Positions 31,294-32,000 of a stretch of DNA of 32,000 nt are shown one piece after another. A program made the translations under genes and the position numbers. The notes beneath the pieces were generated by a model. That model saw nothing but the letters and a program-made list of their open reading frames with translations, was not told the DNA's origin and did not search any database. Origin of the DNA: Opitutia bacterium KCR 482 (GTDB lineage: Bacteria > Verrucomicrobiota > Verrucomicrobiia > Opitutales > Intestinicryptomonadaceae); assembly GCA_029269845.2 (NCBI GenBank), contig CP149973.1:1230001-1262000 (forward strand), written 5' to 3'. Numbering within the stretch: the stretch's first letter is position 1; each line of letters begins with the position of its first letter.

Positions 31294-32000
31294 CTATCTG
31301 GGCGCGGCCATCTTTCTGTAAAACAGGAATTGGAAGTCGCGCGGCGGAAGGTCTATGCGCAGGTCTTTGAAGTCCCTGCCCGATATTTTCGACTTCGAGC
31401 CGTCCTTGTTTTCGATTTCGTACACCGCGTTTTCGTCGATTCCGCGCGGACTGATTCGCAGGAAGCCGGCGGGGCTTTGCCGGCGGCGGAATGCCGCAAT
31501 GAACCCCCCGCCCGATTCGGGGTCGTGCCCCTGATAGGCGCACCAATTTTCGAAGTTTTCGGGGGCCTGGGTAAGCCTGTAAAAATCGCGCGCAATGTAT
31601 TTGCGTATGCGTTGAGCCCAGCCGAAATATTCGCGGAGAAGCGGAAGCCGCGACGCGTCTTTCAGCGCCCCCGACGACACGAAAAAGCCGGCGTTCATCG
31701 CGCTTGCCATCGCGTATTGGTCGTCGAGGCTCGCGCCGTTGCCGCCCGTATGAGAGGGCAGCCAAGACGACAGGTAGAAAGTCTGTATTTGGTTCGATTC
31801 AGCCGCGCCGTCTATCCGCCAGCATTGGGAATCGGAACGCCACACGACGAACGTGCGCGACATCGATTCGCAGTCGAGCCGCCTGCCGCCGCTTGCGCAG
31901 TTGTCGAACTGCATTTGCGGGTATTTTTGTTTGAGCGCGTCCCAAAGTTTCAGAACGCCTTCGGCGTGCTTGAGCATGCCGATTCCCCTGCGGTTCGGAG
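31294..32000 (-). CDS. Alpha-galactosidase-like glycoside hydrolase (GH36-like), C-terminal part; the gene runs off the window
   Basis: The frame stays open upstream of the track's Met to position 32000. 'QFDNCASGGRRLD' resembles the GH36 acid/base region (C-S-G-G-G-R-x-D), followed by 'VVWRSD' and a C-terminal beta-sandwich-like tail. Confidence 0.65.
   Translation of the reverse strand, partial: PNRRGIGMLKHAEGVLKLWDALKQKYPQMQFDNCASGGRRLDCESMSRTFVVWRSDSQCWRIDGAAESNQIQTFYLSSWLPSHTGGNGASLDDQYAMASAMNAGFFVSSGALKDASRLPLLREYFGWAQRIRKYIARDFYRLTQAPENFENWCAYQGHDPESGGGFIAAFRRRQSPAGFLRISPRGIDENAVYEIENKDGSKSKISGRDFKDLRIDLPPRDFQFLFYRKMAAPR

Noticed and set aside
1-32000. Search for tRNA/rRNA genes, CRISPR repeats, IS/transposase/integrase genes, toxin-antitoxin pairs and known defence-system signatures
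   Set aside because: None found by eye. There are no regularly spaced direct repeats, no T-loop-like GGTTCGAATCC motifs and no recombinase, nuclease or reverse-transcriptase-like ORFs. The window looks like core chromosome with scattered CAZyme genes.

Overview
GC-rich chromosomal segment. All calls rest on motif recognition by eye; no BLAST or HMM search was run. The source looks like a diderm (FadL-type porin, ExbB/ExbD/TonB), probably anaerobic (rubredoxin plus flavodiiron protein), glycan-degrading bacterium. A PVC-type lineage is a low-confidence guess. I support 27 CDS. One of them, a 54-aa rubredoxin at 28115..28279, is missing from the supplied ORF track because it is under 60 aa. Left end (35..9734): a secreted de-O-acetylation and glycan-hydrolysis island. 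It holds a CE7-like acetyl esterase, a 671-aa beta-helix protein and three tandem sialate-O-acetylesterase (SASA/DUF303) paralogs transcribed as one unit, with nadA inserted between them. Middle: tlyA, a Cys-rich lipoprotein, a TetR-FadL pair with palindromic operators over a consensus promoter, a tight murQ - Na+/solute symporter - DUF2284 operon, an AI-2E transporter, uvrA and exbB-exbD-tonB. Right: a tight nuoA - EIIA/diadenylate-cyclase fusion - TerC/DUF475 string, then recQ, rubredoxin-FDP, a GH28-like beta-helix lipoprotein and a partial GH36-like alpha-galactosidase. I saw no rRNA, tRNA, CRISPR array, transposase, integrase, phage gene or recognisable defence system. The many long Arg/Ala/Gly-rich ORFs in the track are off-frame or antisense artefacts of high GC. 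The best candidate for something undescribed is the orphan-nuoA / PTS-EIIA-fused c-di-AMP cyclase-like / TerC-like operon at 22872..25780. It is a hypothesis, not a demonstrated system. Consensus TTGACA -35 boxes recur upstream of most transcription units, and several clean Rho-independent terminators delimit operons.
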